From an uncultured Eubacteriales bacterium (GTDB lineage Bacteria > Bacillota > Clostridia > Peptostreptococcales > Anaerovoracaceae): a DNA stretch of 64,000 bases. Position numbers and translations under genes: made by a program. Below the pieces are notes generated by a model. It searched no databases. It was not told the origin of the DNA and saw only the letters and a list, made by a program, of their open reading frames with translations. Position 1 is the stretch's first letter. The number at the start of each line of letters is the position of its first letter. Below, one piece after another: positions 7,448 through 17,605 of this stretch. The stretch is from assembly GCA_900315125.1 (NCBI GenBank), contig OMXT01000019.1, positions 1,240 to 65,239 on the forward strand, written 5' to 3'.

Positions 7448-10239
7448 GACCGCTGAAACTGACCATGTCCGCATTCGGACCGTATAAGGGAACAGAAACC
7501 ATAGATTTTACAGCGCTGGGACAGGGCGGCATCTACCTGATCACCGGGGATACGGGCGCAGGGAAGACAACGATATTCGACGGGATCACCTATGCCCTGT
7601 ACGGCCGGTCCAGCGGCGACAGGAGACAGGGATCCATGCTGCGGTCCCAGTATGCGGACCCGGAAACGAAGACCCAGGTAACATTCACCTTTGATTACCG
7701 GGGAAAGACATATACGGTGACCCGTTCGCCGGAATACATGCGTCCCAAGCTGCGGGGAACGGGGGAGACGAAACAGGCTGCCGCCGCGGAGCTCGTTTAC
7801 GGAGACGGGCGGCAGCCCGCATCCGGTCTCCGGGAAGTGGACGAAGCGGTAGAAGACATTCTCGGGGTGAACTACGACCAGTTCAGCCAGATCGCCATGA
7901 TCGCCCAGGGAGATTTTCAGAAGCTGCTGCTGGCGTCCACGGAGGAACGGCAGAAGATCTTCCGCAGGATCTTCCGGACGGATCCTTACCGGGAATTTCA
8001 GGACAGAGTCCGTCTTGCGGCGAAGGAAGCGGCGGATCAGTGCCGGGATATGGAGCAGAGCATTCGGCAGTATACCGGGAGCATCCGCTGGGGCGCGGAT
8101 TCTCTGTGGGCTGAGGAAATGGCGGAGCTGGCAGCGAATGGCGGCATGCTAGAGCAGATCCTTCAGACGGCAGGGAATATCATCGGGGAAGATGAACGGG
8201 AAGCAGAAGCGCTGTCGGAGATGCTGGAGAAACTGGATGCGGAGATTCAGCGGATCGCTGGAGAGAAAAAGAGGGGAGAGGAAAGGGAAAGGACAGAGCA
8301 GTCACTTTCTGTCGCCCGGGAGACACTTGTAGCTCAGGAGCCCCGGATGGCTGAACTGGAATCGGCCTGGAAAGCGGCAAAGGAAGGACAGAAAGAAAAC
8401 GAGTCTCTTGCAGCAAGGATCGCCGGGATCGATTCGGAATTGCCCGCCTATGATTCTCTGGAAGAGGAGAGGAATGAGCTCCGAAAGAAGAAAAAGGAGC
8501 TGGCGGGCATAGAATCGGATCTTGCAGAGAAAAAACAGACGCTCAGCGGCGAAAAAGATAAGCTGTCCGATATGAAAAAAGAGCAGGGGTCGCTGGCGGA
8601 TGCAGGAGAAAAGAAAGCTGCGCTGGCAGCGGAGAAGGCGTCGTTGAACGAACGCCTGGAAAGGCTCGCAGACCTTGAGGAAAACGCCGGAAAGCTGGAA
8701 AAGCTCGAGAGGAAACTGGCGAAGCAGCAGGCGGAGTATCTTAAGGCGAGTCGAAAGGCGGGGGAATCCGCGGAGCGGTTCCGCATCATGCGGAAGGGAT
8801 TCCTGGACGGTCAGGCGGGGATCATGGCGGCAGAACTTGCGGAAGGGCAGCCCTGTCCGGTCTGCGGGTCTCTGTCTCATCCTCACCCGGCCCAGACAAC
8901 GGAAGATGTGCCCACGGAACAGTCGGTGAAAGAGGCGGAAGAGACATGGGAAACGGACCGGAAGGCGGAACAGAAAGCAAGTGACCAGGCGGGTCAGCTG
9001 AAGGGCAGCAGGGACACGCTGCTGGAGCAGGTAAGGGATCAGATCGCCGGTTTGTTTGAAGATGGGGAAGGTCTGGAACCGGCGTCAGCCGGGGAGCGGT
9101 CTGCCTCCGAACAGGAGGCGATCCGCAGCAGGATGGCGGAGATCGACCGGGCGCTGAAGCTGGAGGATCGGCGGATTCAGAGGAAGGATGAGCTGGCCGA
9201 GGATGTCCCGGAGCAGGAAGAACTGCTGAGGTCGCTGGAAGAGGCGATCAGCGGACTGGCGGAACGCCTGTCCGCCGGGCAGGCCATGGCGGCGGCAGAG
9301 AGCGGGCGAATCCGGGAACGGATGAGCCGGCTCCGGTTTGAGTCGAAAGAGGAGGCAGAAGAGGCAAGGAAGGCTTTGATCGAAAAGAAAGAGGCGAACG
9401 ATGCGGCGGCAGAGAAGGCGGAGCAGGACTTTCGGAACTGTGAGAAGAAGGTCACGGAAGCCCGGGCGAATATCCGCAGCCTGACGGAGCTTCTGAGTCA
9501 GTCGGAACCGGTGGATATGGATCGCCTTGCAGAGGAGGAGCAGCAGGCGGCAGCGGCGAAGGCGGCTGCAGACCGGAAGCGTCAGGATGTGAATGCCAGG
9601 CTGACGGGCAACCGGAACGCGGTAACGGAAATAAAGAAAAACGCCGGGGATCTGGCAGAGCTTGAGAAGAAGCGGGCATGGATGACTTCTCTTTCGGATA
9701 CGGCGAACGGCACGGTCAGGGGTAAGGAAAAAGTCATGCTGGAGACCTACGTGCAGACTGCCTATTTCGACCGCATACTCATACGGGCGAATCAGCGGCT
9801 GAAGACCATGTCGGGTGGACAGTACGCCCTTGTCCGGGCGGGCAGCGGGAAGGAGACGGGCCGAAAGTCCCTGGTGCACCAGTCCGGACTGGATCTGGAC
9901 GTGATGGATAACGTCAGCGGAAGCACCAGGAATGTGCGGACGCTGTCGGGCGGGGAGATGTTTATGGCTTCCCTTTCTCTGGCTCTTGGACTTTCCGATG
10001 AGATCCAGTCCGCCGCCGGAGGCGTCCAGTTTGACACCATGTTCGTGGATGAGGGCTTCGGCACTCTGGACGAGGAGACGCTGCAGAAGGCTCTCGCCGC
10101 GCTGACCGGGCTGACGGAGAGCGGAAACCGGGCTGTCGGGATCATCTCCCACGTGGAGGAACTGAAGGAGCGGATTGACCGGCAGATCATCGTGACGAAG
10201 GATCTCAGCAGCGGAAGCCGCGTGCGGATCCAGGTCTGA
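7444..10239 (+). CDS. sbcC: exonuclease SbcCD, ATPase subunit C (Rad50-like)
   Basis: Walker A GDTGAGKTT, long coiled coil with zinc hook CPVCG, signature LSGGE, Walker B FVDEGFG. The ATG overlaps the sbcD stop (ATGA at 7444-7447). Confidence 0.9.
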   Translation: MRPLKLTMSAFGPYKGTETIDFTALGQGGIYLITGDTGAGKTTIFDGITYALYGRSSGDRRQGSMLRSQYADPETKTQVTFTFDYRGKTYTVTRSPEYMRPKLRGTGETKQAAAAELVYGDGRQPASGLREVDEAVEDILGVNYDQFSQIAMIAQGDFQKLLLASTEERQKIFRRIFRTDPYREFQDRVRLAAKEAADQCRDMEQSIRQYTGSIRWGADSLWAEEMAELAANGGMLEQILQTAGNIIGEDEREAEALSEMLEKLDAEIQRIAGEKKRGEERERTEQSLSVARETLVAQEPRMAELESAWKAAKEGQKENESLAARIAGIDSELPAYDSLEEERNELRKKKKELAGIESDLAEKKQTLSGEKDKLSDMKKEQGSLADAGEKKAALAAEKASLNERLERLADLEENAGKLEKLERKLAKQQAEYLKASRKAGESAERFRIMRKGFLDGQAGIMAAELAEGQPCPVCGSLSHPHPAQTTEDVPTEQSVKEAEETWETDRKAEQKASDQAGQLKGSRDTLLEQVRDQIAGLFEDGEGLEPASAGERSASEQEAIRSRMAEIDRALKLEDRRIQRKDELAEDVPEQEELLRSLEEAISGLAERLSAGQAMAAAESGRIRERMSRLRFESKEEAEEARKALIEKKEANDAAAEKAEQDFRNCEKKVTEARANIRSLTELLSQSEPVDMDRLAEEEQQAAAAKAAADRKRQDVNARLTGNRNAVTEIKKNAGDLAELEKKRAWMTSLSDTANGTVRGKEKVMLETYVQTAYFDRILIRANQRLKTMSGGQYALVRAGSGKETGRKSLVHQSGLDLDVMDNVSGSTRNVRTLSGGEMFMASLSLALGLSDEIQSAAGGVQFDTMFVDEGFGTLDEETLQKALAALTGLTESGNRAVGIISHVEELKERIDRQIIVTKDLSSGSRVRIQV

Positions 10240-10382
10240 TCCCGTTCTGGGGCAGACCCGGCGGGCAGCAGCGGCCGGGGAACGAGTGGAGATAACTACC
10301 CTGAATCAACAGAAAACGTTCACCTGATGCCCTTATTATAGTATATAATATTTTGGAAAAGGAAACAGGGAGGGGAGACGCA

Positions 10383-10997
10383 GTGACAGCGGAAATATAT
10401 AATCGCGGACAGGATTCTATATACGGCGGTCATCTTTCGGAGATGGAAGATGTGATGCAGGAGGTCGTGGATAACATTCAGAAACTGAGAGATGAAAAGA
10501 AAAGCGAGGACGCGGACCCGGTGGAGCATCTTCTGTACCGGATAAAATCCGAGGATAGTATGAGGGAAAAGTGCCGGCGCCGGGGCCTTCCGGAGACGAC
10601 AGAAAGCGCGCTGGGAGAACTGACGGATTCCATAGGGATCCGGGTGGTCTGCCCATTCCTCGATCAGGTGTATATGATCCGCGATTATCTCGTGGGCAGA
10701 ACGGAGGGCTGCTGCGGCTATGAACTGGTGGAAGAAAAAGACTATATCCGCCACGCCAAGCCCAACGGATACCGGAGTCTTCACATGATCCTGCGGGTGC
10801 GGGGCTATTATGTGGAAGCGCAGCTTAGGACGATATCCATGGATACGTGGGCGGCCCTGGAGCACCAGCTGAAATACAAGAAGGCCCTGGGCGGCAATCT
10901 GGAACTGATCACGAAGGAACTGAAACGCTGCGCCGACGAGCTGGCGTCCACGGACGTTTCCATGCAGACCATACGGAATATGGTGCAGAGAGGCTGA
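10383..10997 (+). CDS. small alarmone synthetase (RelA/SpoT-domain GTP pyrophosphokinase, RelP/RelQ-like)
   Basis: Single synthetase domain with YRIKSEDSMREK, DSIGIRVVC, KPNGYRSLHMIL and EAQLRTISMDTWAALEHQLKYK. GTG 10383 lies about 8 nt after GGGAGGGGAG; the TTG at 10353 given by the track has no RBS. Confidence 0.85.
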   Translation: MTAEIYNRGQDSIYGGHLSEMEDVMQEVVDNIQKLRDEKKSEDADPVEHLLYRIKSEDSMREKCRRRGLPETTESALGELTDSIGIRVVCPFLDQVYMIRDYLVGRTEGCCGYELVEEKDYIRHAKPNGYRSLHMILRVRGYYVEAQLRTISMDTWAALEHQLKYKKALGGNLELITKELKRCADELASTDVSMQTIRNMVQRG

Positions 10998-11009
10998 CGG
11001 GAGGAGAAC

Positions 11010-11681
11010 ATGAGAATATTACTGGCAGAGGATACGAAAGACATGAATCGGGCGGTCACGGTGATGCTGGAGCACGCGGGCTACGCGGTGGACCCGGTGT
11101 ATGACGGGGGCGCGGCGTGGGAGGCACTTCGGCAGAACGTCTATGACGGCGTCATACTGGATATCATGATGCCCGTCATGTCAGGCCTTGAAGTTCTGAA
11201 CGCGGCGCGGCAGTCCGGCATCGATACGCCGGTGCTGCTCCTGACGGCAAAAGCCGAGATCGATGACCGGGTAGACGGCCTGGACGCCGGGGCGAACGAT
11301 TACCTGACCAAGCCATTTGCCATGAAGGAACTGCTGGCCCGGGTGCGCACCATGCTCCGGACCTACGATACATATCACGAGCCGGCACTCACCTTCGCGG
11401 ATCTGAAGCTGGACGCGGAGGCCATGTCCCTGACAGCGGAAAATTCCATTCATCTCAGCCGCCGGGAGTGCGCGCTGCTGAAGGAGCTGATCGTGAACAG
11501 GGACCGGGAACTGTCTACGGAATATCTCCTGGAGCATAACTGGAGAGATGATCCGTCTGCCGGCGCCGACGAGGTGTGGCTCTATATTTCCTACCTGAAC
11601 GGGAAGCTTGAGTCCATCGCGTCATCTGTAAAGGTGGCGGGAGAACAGGGCGGCAGCTTTCACCTTATTACAAAGTCCTGA
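11010..11681 (+). CDS. OmpR-family response regulator
   Basis: Receiver domain (MRILLAEDTKD...DGVILDIMMP...LTAK) followed by a winged-helix C-terminus. Confidence 0.85.
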   Translation: MRILLAEDTKDMNRAVTVMLEHAGYAVDPVYDGGAAWEALRQNVYDGVILDIMMPVMSGLEVLNAARQSGIDTPVLLLTAKAEIDDRVDGLDAGANDYLTKPFAMKELLARVRTMLRTYDTYHEPALTFADLKLDAEAMSLTAENSIHLSRRECALLKELIVNRDRELSTEYLLEHNWRDDPSAGADEVWLYISYLNGKLESIASSVKVAGEQGGSFHLITKS

Positions 11682-11701
11682 CTGGCCGGAGGAACGGAGG
11701 A

Positions 11702-13039
11702 ATGAATTCCAGGGAGATCGAAAGATTATGCAAACGGTTCATTGCCATGACCATGATATCCATCCTGATCGTCATGGCGATATTCGGAACGGTGATCAAT
11801 GTAGCCCAGATCGTGACCACAAGGCACCAGGTGCGGGCTACGCTGGACGCGATCCTTGCTCAGTCGGAGAAAGGCATCGACTATGATGACAGCAAGCTGG
11901 ATGAGCGGAAGGATGAACAGGAGAGCAGGCTGTCCAATGAGGATCTGGAGCTGCTCCAGCGGGCGCTGAACCTGCTGCGCACAGACATTCTCCATAATGC
12001 CCAGTATTTTACTGTCGTATTCCCGTCGGGAACAGAGAATACAGAGGACGCCCAGATACACATGTTCCGCATGACGGACATAGAAAAAAAGGATGCGCTG
12101 GTCCTTGCCCGGTCCGTTACGGGAAGGAAGCAGACGTTTGGACGCTGGGGCATGTATTATTATGAGTACGAGAAGACGGAGGATGGAACATTCGTCGCCT
12201 GCATGAATTTTGAGAACGGGCTCTATACCCTGACGAGGCTCTCCAGCCTGACATTGTTCGTGATCCTTCTCGGCATTGCGATCACATACCTGCTGGTGCG
12301 GAAGTTCTCACGGAGGGCCGTGGGACCCATGATAGAAAACAGCCGCAGGCAGCAGAGCTTTATTACAAATGCCAGCCATGAGCTGAAGACGCCTCTTGCC
12401 GTGATCCGCTCCAATACGGAACTGATGGAGATGCTGGACGGACCGTCGGAGTGGACGGCTTCTACGCTGAAGCAGGTGGACCGGCTGGACAGCCTGATAC
12501 AGAATCTTGTCATGATCGCCCGTTCCCAGGAGCAGGAAAACAGCAGAGAAGCGGCAGAGATCGATGTATCTGCCCTTGTAAAGGACACGGCAGAGCCCTT
12601 TGCCGCCGTAGCGGCGAACGATCAGAAAGCATTCTCTATGGATCTGGAACCGGACGTCCGCATCGTAGCCAACGAGAGCAGTATTCAGACACTGACGGGG
12701 GTGCTGGTTGACAACGCGATAAAATACTGTGACGAGAACGGCAGTGTGACGGTACGGACATCCAGCGATAAGAAGGGCAGGACAGCGGTCATACAGGTCT
12801 CCAACTCCTACGCGGAGGGCAGGACGGTGGATTACAGCCGGTTCTTTGAGCGGTTTTACCGGGAGGATGAATCCCATCATACGGAAAGCGGAGAGAAGAA
12901 GGGATTCGGCATCGGTCTCTCCATCGCCCAGAATATATGCAGTCTCTATCACGGCGATATCGCGGCGGGATGGAAGGACGGACAGATCACGTTTACCTGC
13001 CGGCTGTCTTCGCTGAGACATGTGGAAAAGAGCCGGTAA
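11702..13039 (+). CDS. sensor histidine kinase
   Basis: Two TM segments, H-box SHELKTPLAVI, N-box LVDNAIKY, G-box GFGIGLSIA. Confidence 0.85.
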   Translation: MNSREIERLCKRFIAMTMISILIVMAIFGTVINVAQIVTTRHQVRATLDAILAQSEKGIDYDDSKLDERKDEQESRLSNEDLELLQRALNLLRTDILHNAQYFTVVFPSGTENTEDAQIHMFRMTDIEKKDALVLARSVTGRKQTFGRWGMYYYEYEKTEDGTFVACMNFENGLYTLTRLSSLTLFVILLGIAITYLLVRKFSRRAVGPMIENSRRQQSFITNASHELKTPLAVIRSNTELMEMLDGPSEWTASTLKQVDRLDSLIQNLVMIARSQEQENSREAAEIDVSALVKDTAEPFAAVAANDQKAFSMDLEPDVRIVANESSIQTLTGVLVDNAIKYCDENGSVTVRTSSDKKGRTAVIQVSNSYAEGRTVDYSRFFERFYREDESHHTESGEKKGFGIGLSIAQNICSLYHGDIAAGWKDGQITFTCRLSSLRHVEKSR

Positions 13040-13066
13040 GGGCTTTGTTTGAGAAAGGAAGCGGTC

Positions 13067-14266
13067 ATGATGAAGTACTTGGTTATGCCGGATTCGTTTA
13101 AGGGGACTATGAGCGCGGACACGGTATGCCGCGTGATCGAGCAGACTTTGGAGAAGAGGGATCCCGGAGTCCGGGTGGTATCCGCTCCTGTTGCCGACGG
13201 CGGCGAAGGGACCGTGGACTGTATTCTCCGGACGGTTCCGGGAAGGAAGGCGGAGGTTGAAGTCCTGGGGCCGGATGGAAAGGCGCTGGGGGCGTACTAC
13301 GGGGACTTCGGCGATTACGCGGTCATAGAGATGGCATCAGCGGCGGGGTTCCTGTCTGAGGATCAGCCCCGGGATCCGTCGCGGATGACGACATTCGGCG
13401 TCGGGAGCATGATCCGGGACGCCATAGAGACGGGGCACCGCCATATATATCTTGGCCTTGGGGGCAGCTGCACCAACGACGGCGGAGCCGGCATGGCTGC
13501 GGCTCTCGGAGCTCGGTTCCTGGATGAAGAGGACGAGGAGTTTCTTCCTGTGGGCAGGAGCCTGAACCGGATTCGCCGGATCGATGTATCGTCTCTGAAG
13601 CAGCGGATACAGGGCGTGAAATTTACGGTCATGAGCGATGTGACCAATCCGCTGTACGGGCCTAGGGGAGCGGCCCAGGTATTCGGACCCCAGAAGGGCG
13701 CGGATCCGGACATGGTGAAGCTGCTGGATGAGAACCTGGCGGACTACGCTGCGGTCCTGCAGAGAGAACTGGGCGTCGACGTCCGGGATCTTCCCGGAGG
13801 CGGAGCGGCGGGCGGCATGGGCGCGGGCTGCCGTGCTTTTCTGGACGCGGAGCTGAAGAACGGCATAGACGTTATATTAGATCTGATGAAGTTCGATGAA
13901 CTGGCGGCGGACGCGGATCTGGTCATCACCGGCGAGGGCAAGCTGGATTCCCAGAGTCTGGAGGGCAAGGTGATCAGCGGGATCCTGAAGAGGGCCGGTC
14001 GGCTGGGTATCCCGGTGGCAGCGGTCTGCGGCATCATAGACGGCAATATGGAAGTATTTGACCGGGCTGGGTTGAGTTACGCGGTCCAGGTCATGCCCTC
14101 CATAGGATACGGCAGCCATTACCGCAGGCCGGACGGTACGCCGGATTATGAGAAGGCGCTTGAGGCGGCGGTTTCCGGGCAGGCAGGAGCGTTCCGGGAA
14201 CTGTGCCGGCTGGGCGGCAGACGCAGGCAGATGAGAAAAGAGAAGGAAAAGGAGAATGACAGATGA
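13067..14266 (+). CDS. glycerate kinase
   Basis: MKYLVMPDSFKGTMSA...PVADGGEGTVD and GEGKLDSQSLEGK motifs. ATG 13067 lies 7 nt after GAAAGGAAG. Confidence 0.85.
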   Translation: MMKYLVMPDSFKGTMSADTVCRVIEQTLEKRDPGVRVVSAPVADGGEGTVDCILRTVPGRKAEVEVLGPDGKALGAYYGDFGDYAVIEMASAAGFLSEDQPRDPSRMTTFGVGSMIRDAIETGHRHIYLGLGGSCTNDGGAGMAAALGARFLDEEDEEFLPVGRSLNRIRRIDVSSLKQRIQGVKFTVMSDVTNPLYGPRGAAQVFGPQKGADPDMVKLLDENLADYAAVLQRELGVDVRDLPGGGAAGGMGAGCRAFLDAELKNGIDVILDLMKFDELAADADLVITGEGKLDSQSLEGKVISGILKRAGRLGIPVAAVCGIIDGNMEVFDRAGLSYAVQVMPSIGYGSHYRRPDGTPDYEKALEAAVSGQAGAFRELCRLGGRRRQMRKEKEKENDR

Positions 14267-15219
14267 TCCAGGATATCGCGCCGAAGAAGCTTCACAATGA
14301 ATATCATAATCTCCAGCCGGAGGACGGCGATCTGGTCCTGTTCTTCGACGGGAACCGGGCAGCGGTGCGGGCGTCAGGGAAGGACGTCAGCCGCGGCCAG
14401 GAACCGGCGCTCCGGGAGTCCGCGGAGGAGATCCGCGGCGTGATCGATGACCAAAGGGCAGAACATGACCGACAGGAGACGTCACTCCAGTTCCCGTCCT
14501 ACGGGGAAGTTAAGGATATGGACGGGTTTTCCCCGGCGGACTGCCAGTATCTCTTTGATATCAGCGGGGAAAAGTATTTCCTTTACCGCGGCGAACTGCC
14601 GGAGGGACTGCTGGCTAAAACGGGTGCGACGATGGAAAACGTCCGCATGCTCCGCTATTCGGATCCGGAGGCCAAGGCCCGGTGTTTCGCGGCGGCGACG
14701 GGCTATCACCTGGCCGTCTGGTACAGAGATAACCGGTTCTGCGGAAGGTGCGGCGGGGTGCTCCGCCACGACCGGCACCAGCGGATGCTGAAATGCCCAG
14801 TCTGCGGCAATGAAGTCTACCCGAAGATCGCCCCTGCGGTGATCGTTGCGGTGACAAGCGGGGAGAAACTGCTGCTTACGAAGTACAGCGGCAGGGTATA
14901 CAAGAGATACGCGCTGATTGCCGGCTTTACGGAAATCGGCGAGACGGCGGAGGAAACAGTAGAAAGAGAAGTCATGGAGGAAGTGGGGCTGCGGGTGAAG
15001 AACATCCGTTACTACGCCACTCAGCCATGGGGCACGGACAGCAATCTGCTGATCGGCTACTTCGCCGATCTGGACGGTGATCCGGACATCACGCTGGATC
15101 ACGATGAGCTGGCAGTGGCGGAATGGTTCGACCGGGAGGACATCCCCATAGGCAACGACCAGATTTCTCTGACACTGGACATGGTCCAGGCGTTCCGGGA
15201 GGGCAGGGAGCCGCGGTAA
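14263..15219 (+). CDS. nudC: NAD(+) diphosphatase (NADH pyrophosphatase)
   Basis: Zinc ribbon CGRCG...CPVCG followed by the Nudix box GFTEIGETAEETVEREVMEEVG. The start overlaps the glycerate kinase stop (ATGA). Confidence 0.8.
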   Translation: MIQDIAPKKLHNEYHNLQPEDGDLVLFFDGNRAAVRASGKDVSRGQEPALRESAEEIRGVIDDQRAEHDRQETSLQFPSYGEVKDMDGFSPADCQYLFDISGEKYFLYRGELPEGLLAKTGATMENVRMLRYSDPEAKARCFAAATGYHLAVWYRDNRFCGRCGGVLRHDRHQRMLKCPVCGNEVYPKIAPAVIVAVTSGEKLLLTKYSGRVYKRYALIAGFTEIGETAEETVEREVMEEVGLRVKNIRYYATQPWGTDSNLLIGYFADLDGDPDITLDHDELAVAEWFDREDIPIGNDQISLTLDMVQAFREGREPR

Positions 15220-15281
15220 AGCGCCTGCCTTCAGAAGACAACGGAAGGAGCCTATTACAGGAGACGATTAAGGGAGGAAAC

Positions 15282-16193
15282 ATGAAGGATATCATAATAA
15301 TCGGAGCAGGCCCGGCGGGCATGACAGCGGCGGTCTACGGTCTGCGTGCGGGCAAGTCCGTGCTGGTGCTTTCCGGCAGAGGCTACGGCGGTCAGATCGT
15401 CAATGCCGCCGAGATAGAAAATTATCCGGCGATTCCGAAGATCAGCGGCGTGGATTTCGCCCGGCAGCTCTATGACCAGGCGTCGGCGCTGGGCGCGGAG
15501 TTCGTCAGTGAGAAGGCGACGGGAATAGAAGACCAGGGCGATAAGAAGATCGTCCGTACAGAAAGCGGAGCCTATGAGGGCCGGGCAGTGGTCATCGCGG
15601 CGGGCGCCACCAACCGGACATTAGGCATAGAAGGGGAATCCCGGCTTACGGGCTCCGGCGTGTCCTACTGCGCCACCTGCGACGGAAACTTCTTCCGGGG
15701 CAGAGATGTAGCGGTGATCGGCGGCGGCAACACGGCATTGGAGGACGCGGAGGTTCTCAGCGGCATCGTGAACCGGGTCTATCTCGTTCACCGGCGCAGT
15801 GAGTTCCGGGGCGAGGCAGCGGCGGTCAAGCGGCTGGAATCCAAGGCGAATGTAGAGTTCGTCCTTGACAGTGTGCCGGAGGAGATCCGGGGGAAATTTG
15901 CCGTGGACACGCTGACAGTAAAGAATGTGAAAACCGGCGAAGAGAGAGAACTCCCGGTCAGCGGGGTCTTTGTTGCTGTAGGACAGGTACCGGAGAACGG
16001 GGATTTCGCCAATGTGATGGAACTGGACAGCAGCGGCTACGCAGCTGCCGATGAGTCCTGCGTCACCCGGACCCCCGGCGTTTTCGCGGCCGGCGACTGC
16101 CGGGCCAAGAAAGTCAGGCAGCTTTCTACCGCCACAGCGGATGGAGCAGTGGCAGCCCTGGCAGCGGTGGAGTATATCAACGGGCTTGGCTGA
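15282..16193 (+). CDS. trxB: thioredoxin-disulfide reductase
   Basis: GAGPAG FAD motif and redox CATCDG. ATG 15282 follows AGGGAGG; the track start at 15123 overlaps nudC. Confidence 0.9.
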   Translation: MKDIIIIGAGPAGMTAAVYGLRAGKSVLVLSGRGYGGQIVNAAEIENYPAIPKISGVDFARQLYDQASALGAEFVSEKATGIEDQGDKKIVRTESGAYEGRAVVIAAGATNRTLGIEGESRLTGSGVSYCATCDGNFFRGRDVAVIGGGNTALEDAEVLSGIVNRVYLVHRRSEFRGEAAAVKRLESKANVEFVLDSVPEEIRGKFAVDTLTVKNVKTGEERELPVSGVFVAVGQVPENGDFANVMELDSSGYAAADESCVTRTPGVFAAGDCRAKKVRQLSTATADGAVAALAAVEYINGLG

Positions 16194-16264
16194 TTTCACT
16201 TGTAGCCCTATGGTCTGATGTGGTACAATGTTCTGAGAAATTTACGAGAACATAAGGAGCGTAT

Positions 16265-16969
16265 ATGGAACCGAAATATAAGCGGGTCCTCCTGAAGATC
16301 AGCGGCGAGGCGCTGGCCGGAGACGGGAAGACCGGCATAAACGAGGACATGACGGACAAGGTAGCCCTTGAGATCAAGCAGCTCATCGATCTGGGCGTGG
16401 AAGTGGCTATCGTTGTGGGAGGCGGCAACTTCTGGAGAGGCCGCAGCAGTGAGAGGATGAACCGGGAGACAGCGGATTATATCGGCATGCTGGCTACGGT
16501 CATGAACAGTCTGGCGCTGCAGGACGCGCTGCAGGCCCGGGGCGTGCCCGCCAGGGTCCAGTCATCCATCACCATGCAGAAGGTGGCGGAGCCCTATATC
16601 TGGCGCCGCGCCATGAAGGAGCTGGGAGACGGCGAGGTCGTCATCTTCGGAGGCGGCATAGGCGAGCCTCATTTTTCCACGGACACAGCGGCAGCGCTGC
16701 GGGCGGTGAATATCCAGGCGGATATGATCCTGCTGGCCAAGAATATCGACGCGGTCTATTCTGCGGATCCGAAGGAAGATCCCAATGCGGTTCGATACGA
16801 TGAGCTTACCATGAAGGAGGTCATCGACCAGGGTCTGAAGGTCATGGATCTGACAGCCGCTACGATATGCATGGAAAATAACATGAAGATCCAGGTATTC
16901 GGTCTGGCGGAGGAGAATTCCATGGTCCGGGCCGTCTGCGGAGAGAAGATCGGAACACTGATCCGCTGA
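16265..16969 (+). CDS. pyrH: UMP kinase
   Basis: YKRVLLKISGEAL...VVGGGNFWRG; first gene of the conserved pyrH-frr-uppS-cdsA block. Confidence 0.95.
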   Translation: MEPKYKRVLLKISGEALAGDGKTGINEDMTDKVALEIKQLIDLGVEVAIVVGGGNFWRGRSSERMNRETADYIGMLATVMNSLALQDALQARGVPARVQSSITMQKVAEPYIWRRAMKELGDGEVVIFGGGIGEPHFSTDTAAALRAVNIQADMILLAKNIDAVYSADPKEDPNAVRYDELTMKEVIDQGLKVMDLTAATICMENNMKIQVFGLAEENSMVRAVCGEKIGTLIR

Positions 16970-17050
16970 GGCGGAATACGGCAGAAAGAATATTTCGGCC
17001 TGCGGGATACCGCGGGCTGAACGTTCGAAAAACAGCAGAGGAGGAGCATT

Positions 17051-17605
17051 ATGAGCCATTCAAGAAAGAGTTTGCAGGAGAGAATTGAGAAGACCAAGTC
17101 TGTACTGAAGGAAGATCTGAATACAGTAAGAGCGGGCAGAGCCAATCCGGCTCTGCTGGATAAGGTAAGCGTAGAGTACTATGGAACGCCGACGCCCCTG
17201 AAGAACCTGAGCCAGATCTCTGTTCCGGAGCCCAGAATGCTGATGGTCACACCCTTTGATCCCAAGTCTCTCGGAGATATCGAGCGTGCGATCAATATGG
17301 CAAATATCGGCGTAACGCCCAGCAATGACGGAAAGAACATCCGCCTGGAGATCCCTCAGCTCACGGAGGAGAGAAGAAAGGAACTGACCAAGACTACCAA
17401 GAAGATGGGTGAGGACGCTAAGGTCGCTGTCCGCAACCTCAGGAGAGAGTCCAATGACGCGCTGAAGAAGGCCCAGAAGGCGAAGGAGATCACAGAGGAC
17501 GACCTGAAGGAAGAGATGGAAGAGGTCCAGAAGGAGATCGACAAGGCCATCAAGGAGATCGACGAGATGGTCGCTGCCAAGGACAAGGAGATCATGGAAG
17601 TATAA
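17051..17605 (+). CDS. frr: ribosome recycling factor
   Basis: 184 aa with LNTVRAGRANPALLD and NIRLEIPQLTEERRKEL; position after pyrH. Confidence 0.95.
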   Translation: MSHSRKSLQERIEKTKSVLKEDLNTVRAGRANPALLDKVSVEYYGTPTPLKNLSQISVPEPRMLMVTPFDPKSLGDIERAINMANIGVTPSNDGKNIRLEIPQLTEERRKELTKTTKKMGEDAKVAVRNLRRESNDALKKAQKAKEITEDDLKEEMEEVQKEIDKAIKEIDEMVAAKDKEIMEV

